A stretch of 28,179 bases of DNA from a virus (taxonomy: Duplodnaviria > Caudoviricetes): IMG/VR virus record IMGVR_UViG_3300030372_001799, positions 1 to 28,179 of that record; one strand, 5' to 3'. Below are positions 23,938-28,179 of the stretch, in pieces. Position 1 is the first letter of the stretch; each line of letters starts with the position of its first letter. A program made the translations under genes and the position numbers. The notes under the pieces were generated by a model. It made no database searches and was not told the DNA's origin. It was given only the letters and a program-made list of their open reading frames with translations.

Positions 23938-24470
23938 TATTTTTTTCCTCCTTTAAATGCTCTTCCGAAACCACGTTTTGCGGCTCCTGTTCTTACTGCT
24001 GTTTTTTTACCTTTAACTATTCTGCCACCTTTTTTAGCTGAAATCATTAAAGGGTCCATACCTTCTATTATACTATCAGGTGTAGTCATCATATCACCTC
24101 TGTAGGCTCTATTAGATCTAAAAGCTCTCATATTCTTAGCTGCTGCTGCATCTTTAGCTCTTTGTACATAGTCTCCTTTACCAGAAGGTATAGTATTACC
24201 TGCTGAGTCAGTAATTCTTTGTCTAGTTCTAAAAATGTTGTTATTTGTTTTTGGAACATTTACTTTTACATCTTGAACTTTAAAAGAACCTTCATCACCT
24301 CCAGGAATTGAGTACGCTGCATCTGAAGTCATTGCTTTTATTGCATCTGCGTTTGTTGATGGACTAGCATTTCTATTTGCAAAAGCTCTTCCTAATCCAG
24401 CAATAGCAAGACCAGCACCTAAAACTTTCGCAAGTTTTTTAAGTTTTTTGTTTCTTTTCTTTTTAGCCAT
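23937..24470 (-). CDS. Basic hypothetical protein
   Basis: 177 aa. Lys-rich N-terminus plus a short hydrophobic stretch, C-terminal AKKGGRI...GAAKRGFG. Confidence 0.7.
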   Translation of the reverse strand: MAKKKRNKKLKKLAKVLGAGLAIAGLGRAFANRNASPSTNADAIKAMTSDAAYSIPGGDEGSFKVQDVKVNVPKTNNNIFRTRQRITDSAGNTIPSGKGDYVQRAKDAAAAKNMRAFRSNRAYRGDMMTTPDSIIEGMDPLMISAKKGGRIVKGKKTAVRTGAAKRGFGRAFKGGKK

Positions 24471-24853
24471 TATTTTTTACCATTCCTAAATATTTGTGTT
24501 CCCTTTATACCAAAAATACTTCCACATACAAGTATCCAAAGTGAAGTAAACCATGTCGGAAGCGCCTGGAAATGCTCAAAGAAAGTTTTTATTTTTTCCA
24601 TAGCTGCCGGATCATCCGACCACACCCCATATGCAAGGACCAAAATGGGCAGTGTGAGAATTAATAAAACGACCTCGTCCTTGTAGTCGTTTTGACGAGC
24701 TTCTAGCAATTTACCTTGGTAAGCTTCTTCACCACGAGCTTGACGCTCTGCATGTAGCAGCTGTGCATCTGACATAGCGACTTTTGCCTTCTGCTTATTA
24801 GCATAAATTTTACTACCAGCAGATACGGCTAATTTAATTGCCGAGAACCACAT
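24470..24853 (-). CDS. Putative holin (3TM/GTA-holin-like membrane protein)
   Basis: 127 aa. Hydrophobic segments VVLLILTLPILVLAYGVW and LPTWFTSLWILVCGSIFGIK, basic C-terminus. Confidence 0.5.
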   Translation of the reverse strand: MWFSAIKLAVSAGSKIYANKQKAKVAMSDAQLLHAERQARGEEAYQGKLLEARQNDYKDEVVLLILTLPILVLAYGVWSDDPAAMEKIKTFFEHFQALPTWFTSLWILVCGSIFGIKGTQIFRNGKK

Positions 24854-24854
24854 A

Positions 24855-25079
24855 CTAGTACCACTTAACTGTAGACTTTTTAGAAGCTAACATTCTTCTT
24901 TGACCACCAACTTTGTTTACTGTTGGCTCGCCCTGAGGAATTTTAACTTCTACTTCTTGACCAAAACCATCTGCATTTACAGAAAGAGTGTTGTTAGCAT
25001 CTGCTTTTGGTGTATCAGATACAACTTCTCCAACGTAATTTGGATTGTTTTTTGTAAAGAATGTTTTTCCTTTTCCCAT
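24855..25079 (-). CDS. Small hypothetical protein
   Basis: 74 aa. AAGGAG RBS; ends V.G.RRML..K...VKWY. Confidence 0.7.
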   Translation of the reverse strand: MGKGKTFFTKNNPNYVGEVVSDTPKADANNTLSVNADGFGQEVEVKIPQGEPTVNKVGGQRRMLASKKSTVKWY

Positions 25080-25105
25080 AGTTTTTCTCCTTTTAGTTTC
25101 TTATA

Positions 25106-27619
25106 CTATCTTTTAGGACCTTTCAAGATCCTTACATCAGTTTGTTTCATCATATCATTGACCATTTTAGCATCAATTCCCATCTGTGTTTTTTCTAAAG
25201 AAGTATCAGCTCTTAATTCAGCTAACTCTTCGTTTTGTTGTAATTTCTCATCAAATTGTTGTTGGCCCATTAATTGCTTAGATCTATCTAAATTAATCTT
25301 TTGCTCTTCTTGATTACGTTTAGCAGAGTCATCCATAGCTCTTAAATCAAGTTCTCGTGCTTTTAATTTAGCAATTGGGTCATTTCCAAACTCGCCCATA
25401 ATTTTATTTTCTTCATTTTTAAATTCTTCAGTCATTTCTGCTATTAATTTAGCTTTTCTAGACTCTAAACTCATAGAAAGAGACATAATTTGTTGTTGAT
25501 ACTGCGGATCTTGTTGCAACATTGGATTTTGTTGTGCCATTTGTTGCATTTGCATTAATTGTGCAATTTCTTCTCTAAATTCTACCTCTAATTGCTCTTG
25601 TGCCATCAAAGAAATGTGTTCAAAAATGTTTTTTTCTAATGCAGCCATAACTGGAGGACTATTTCTAGCAATATTTGTCGCCATAAAGTTTAAATGGGTC
25701 GTAATATGTGCTTGATGGTCTTGTCCTTTAAAAGCTTGGAACGGTTTTCCGCTCATTGCAAGAATATTTTCTGCTGCTGGGTCTAATGGTTGTGGTTGTT
25801 GCGGTGGTGGTAAAATTTTATCAATATTTTTTACACCAATTGCAGTGTACATTGAGTGAAAGGCTTCATACAAGTTATGCATTTGCGGATTTGACATTGC
25901 AAGTTGTAATTCTGTTTGTGCTAAACTAATTCTTTGTGATTGAGAAAAAATATTTGGGTCTGCAACTGGAATAATATCTATTTTATCATCAAAATCTGCA
26001 ACCTTAATATTTCTTTGACCACCTACTACATCATAGGGATACTCTTGAGGTAGATAAGTTTTAAAAACTCCTGCTAATAATTTAAATTCACATTTCATCG
26101 CCACATACAATCTCTTGTGTATGGCTGACATGACTCTGGAACCACGTTCTAAGAGAGCTATGGTCGTTCCAACAGCTGCTTGTTGGTTGCCGTCACCGAC
26201 CTGCATGTCAGCTATGGCGGCAAATCGTTGCCCTGCCTGTACCACAATCCCCATCAACTGTAATAAAGTTGGTGATGGTTCTTTAAAAGGTAATGGCATA
26301 AATGCATCTTTAATACTTCCTCCAGGTGCATCTACATCTCTGAATTCTCCAGGTTGAATTGCCTGCGCTTCGTCTCTTACTCTGATTCCTCTTTGTTTAA
26401 ATCCTGCTGGTAAATTACTTAAAGTTCCTGCGTCTAACAATTGACGTAAAGCAGTAGTTGCCGTTCTAGACAAACCACCGATCATATGAATTAATCCAAA
26501 ACCATAAAAGCCCATACCCGGTAAAAATTTAAAATGAACAAAATAATCTATTTTTTGTTTTGTCGGATCTTCAGCTTGAAAGTTTCTTCTAATTGATAAT
26601 ATTTGTCTGCTTCCCATTTCAAGAGTTACAATGTATGGAAGTTTAATTCCTGTTGGTTCTCCTCCTGAGTCTTTGTCTTCAAAACCTTCTAAATCTAAAT
26701 CGGTATGAATTTCTAAAATTGTAAAAATATCTTCATCTCTAGTTTTTTTAATTCCTTCTAACTCTCTTTCTTTTTTCTCTACTTCTGTTTCTTGATTATA
26801 ACCAGGTGTTAATTCTATGTCTTGATAGAAACCTGACACTTGTTTTTTTCTTAATTCATTTTCAGACATTTTAATTGTGTGTATGACTGCTTCAGCATCT
26901 TCTAAAGATGTTGCAGTGTATGGAACAACTAAGTCATCAGCCGGTACAAATTTTGAGACGGCTCTGCCAAGTAGTTCATCATAGTAAACCTTCTTGAACG
27001 CAGAGCCGGCAAGAGGGAGATAAAAAAGCATTTGATCGAACTCGGGTTCATACTCCTTCATCACATCCATGAGCTGATAGTTCATGAATTCTTTAACTCT
27101 GTTTGATTGGTCTTCTCTGGCCCTGTCTGCTAGTCCAACTATTCTAGTATGCACTGGACCATTAGCCGGTAATAATTCTTTATAAGCTTGCGCTTGAAAC
27201 TGTGTAACCGCTTCTGCAAGAACTGGGTGAGTTGCACCACTTGCTCCTTGAAAGGGTTGAGTTGGGTTTTCGTATTTAAATCCTAAAAGATCTAAACCTT
27301 TTGTGTAACTATCTTCCCAATCTTTTCTAGATGATTTGTATTGATTATAGTTTGCTGTTAATTCAGAACCTAATTTACCTAAAACTTCTTCTGGTAATAA
27401 TTCTGCTAAATTATCAAAATGAGATTCACCACCACCTGCATTAACTGCTTCTGGATCAAAATTAATTGTTGCACTACCATCTTCTTCTTGAGTTACTTGA
27501 ATATCATCTGGACCAATTTGCTCTTCAATATTTTCTTGTTGAGCTTCAACAATTTCTTCTTCTCCAGGTATTTTAATTTCAGTCTCTACGTTTGGTAGGG
27601 CTTTGTCTATGTCTGCCAT
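25106..27619 (-). CDS. Portal protein
   Basis: 837 aa. SR.DWE..Y.KGL.LLG, PF.GASG..HP.L.EA.TQFQA, L...GSAFKKVYYD, F.PG.GFYGFGLIH..GG, RQL.DAGTL.NLP.G, and a Gln-rich coiled-coil C-terminal barrel as in P22-like portals. Confidence 0.85.
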   Translation of the reverse strand: MADIDKALPNVETEIKIPGEEEIVEAQQENIEEQIGPDDIQVTQEEDGSATINFDPEAVNAGGGESHFDNLAELLPEEVLGKLGSELTANYNQYKSSRKDWEDSYTKGLDLLGFKYENPTQPFQGASGATHPVLAEAVTQFQAQAYKELLPANGPVHTRIVGLADRAREDQSNRVKEFMNYQLMDVMKEYEPEFDQMLFYLPLAGSAFKKVYYDELLGRAVSKFVPADDLVVPYTATSLEDAEAVIHTIKMSENELRKKQVSGFYQDIELTPGYNQETEVEKKERELEGIKKTRDEDIFTILEIHTDLDLEGFEDKDSGGEPTGIKLPYIVTLEMGSRQILSIRRNFQAEDPTKQKIDYFVHFKFLPGMGFYGFGLIHMIGGLSRTATTALRQLLDAGTLSNLPAGFKQRGIRVRDEAQAIQPGEFRDVDAPGGSIKDAFMPLPFKEPSPTLLQLMGIVVQAGQRFAAIADMQVGDGNQQAAVGTTIALLERGSRVMSAIHKRLYVAMKCEFKLLAGVFKTYLPQEYPYDVVGGQRNIKVADFDDKIDIIPVADPNIFSQSQRISLAQTELQLAMSNPQMHNLYEAFHSMYTAIGVKNIDKILPPPQQPQPLDPAAENILAMSGKPFQAFKGQDHQAHITTHLNFMATNIARNSPPVMAALEKNIFEHISLMAQEQLEVEFREEIAQLMQMQQMAQQNPMLQQDPQYQQQIMSLSMSLESRKAKLIAEMTEEFKNEENKIMGEFGNDPIAKLKARELDLRAMDDSAKRNQEEQKINLDRSKQLMGQQQFDEKLQQNEELAELRADTSLEKTQMGIDAKMVNDMMKQTDVRILKGPKR

Positions 27620-27755
27620 TTATATTCTCCGAGTTCTTTATTGTTGTAGCTTGTTTTGTAGGAACATTCAACCCCTGTGAGTCTGGACCTTTTAAAGGTG
27701 GAATCTCGTTCCATTTAACGTGTTGCATATTTGCAACAAGAGTTTTATTCTTCAC
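27579..27755 (-). CDS. Small hypothetical protein
   Basis: Probable GTG start at 27755 with a GAGG RBS (58 aa, includes IPPLKGP.SQGL). Overlaps the portal start. Confidence 0.5.
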   Translation of the reverse strand: MKNKTLVANMQHVKWNEIPPLKGPDSQGLNVPTKQATTIKNSENINGRHRQSPTKRRD

Positions 27756-28179
27756 GGAACATACCTCTTTTATTTCTGTAATCGTCAAAAGTTTCATAGC
27801 CACTAATACCTAGTGATAACGCTAGACCTGGTAGCCCAAATCTTCGAGATACAGTTTTTAATACACTTGGACTAATTCCAAGTCTCATTGTTTTTGCAAT
27901 CGCAGGACTTAATCCTTTTGTTGCAAATTCAGTTGCAGGACCTGCAAATGCAGCTCCTAAATAATTTAGTGGATTAGTTGCAATCTCAGCTAACGAATCT
28001 CCTTGTTGTACTTGACCTGCAATAAACAATGGCTCAGTTGCAAGTAAACCAGCTGGTGTACCTAAAGCAGTTAAACCTCTTCCTAAAGTTTTTAAAGCAG
28101 TTTTTGTAATTCCAGATTTAGTTGCACCTAACGCTCCACTTCTTGCTGCTTCAATTGTAGAAGGTGCGACTGCTGCTGT
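27745..28179 (-). CDS. C-terminal part of a larger Gly/Ala-rich, possibly membrane-active or internal virion protein (runs off the right edge)
   Basis: The frame is open from 28179 (TAAVAPSTIEAARSGALG...) into the tracked 94-aa ORF. Hydrophobic C-terminal stretch FGLPGLALSLGISGY. Confidence 0.65.
   Translation of the reverse strand, partial: TAAVAPSTIEAARSGALGATKSGITKTALKTLGRGLTALGTPAGLLATEPLFIAGQVQQGDSLAEIATNPLNYLGAAFAGPATEFATKGLSPAIAKTMRLGISPSVLKTVSRRFGLPGLALSLGISGYETFDDYRNKRGMFREE

Noticed and set aside
27643-27671. Possible portal promoter TTGAAT-N17-TACAAC
   Set aside because: The -10 box lacks the conserved final T and the site lies inside an ORF, so the evidence is insufficient.
723-27813. 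All plus-strand ORFs in the track (e.g. 723-1115, 12689-13561, 13865-14335, 19049-19381, 24900-25313)
   Set aside because: They are antisense shadows of well-supported minus-strand genes, with no RBS or recognisable motifs. Their Pro-rich translations mirror Gly codons.

Overview
This AT-rich window is the virion morphogenesis module of a tailed dsDNA phage, and every credible gene is on the minus strand. Gene order and protein motifs match what I recall of marine SAR11 podophages (HTVC010P/uvMED-like); that assignment comes from memory, not a search. In transcription order (right to left) the genes are: a partial membrane-like protein, the portal, a cluster of tiny Lys/Arg-rich proteins with a putative holin, a GroES-like co-chaperonin, scaffold, head accessory proteins, major capsid protein, two adaptor-like paralogues, a tail fibre, two polyglycine-rich tip proteins, four tandem 2OG-Fe(II) dioxygenases, a tail nozzle/stabilisation protein and internal (ejection) proteins. 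The main leads are: (1) a short xx-GG-[RK]-[VI] motif recurring in unrelated internal and basic proteins, together with a tape-measure-type DxVPAMLSxxEFV domain, which may be a virion sorting or processing signal; (2) four dioxygenases with different iron-binding triads wired into the tail-tip operon, possibly a virion modification cassette; (3) a duplicated pairing of a C-terminal AxAxxFG tail with a ~115-aa partner gene; (4) several structured leader RNAs and operator-like palindromes. I found no tRNA, rRNA, CRISPR array, terminase or mobile element. All product calls rest on motifs and synteny only.
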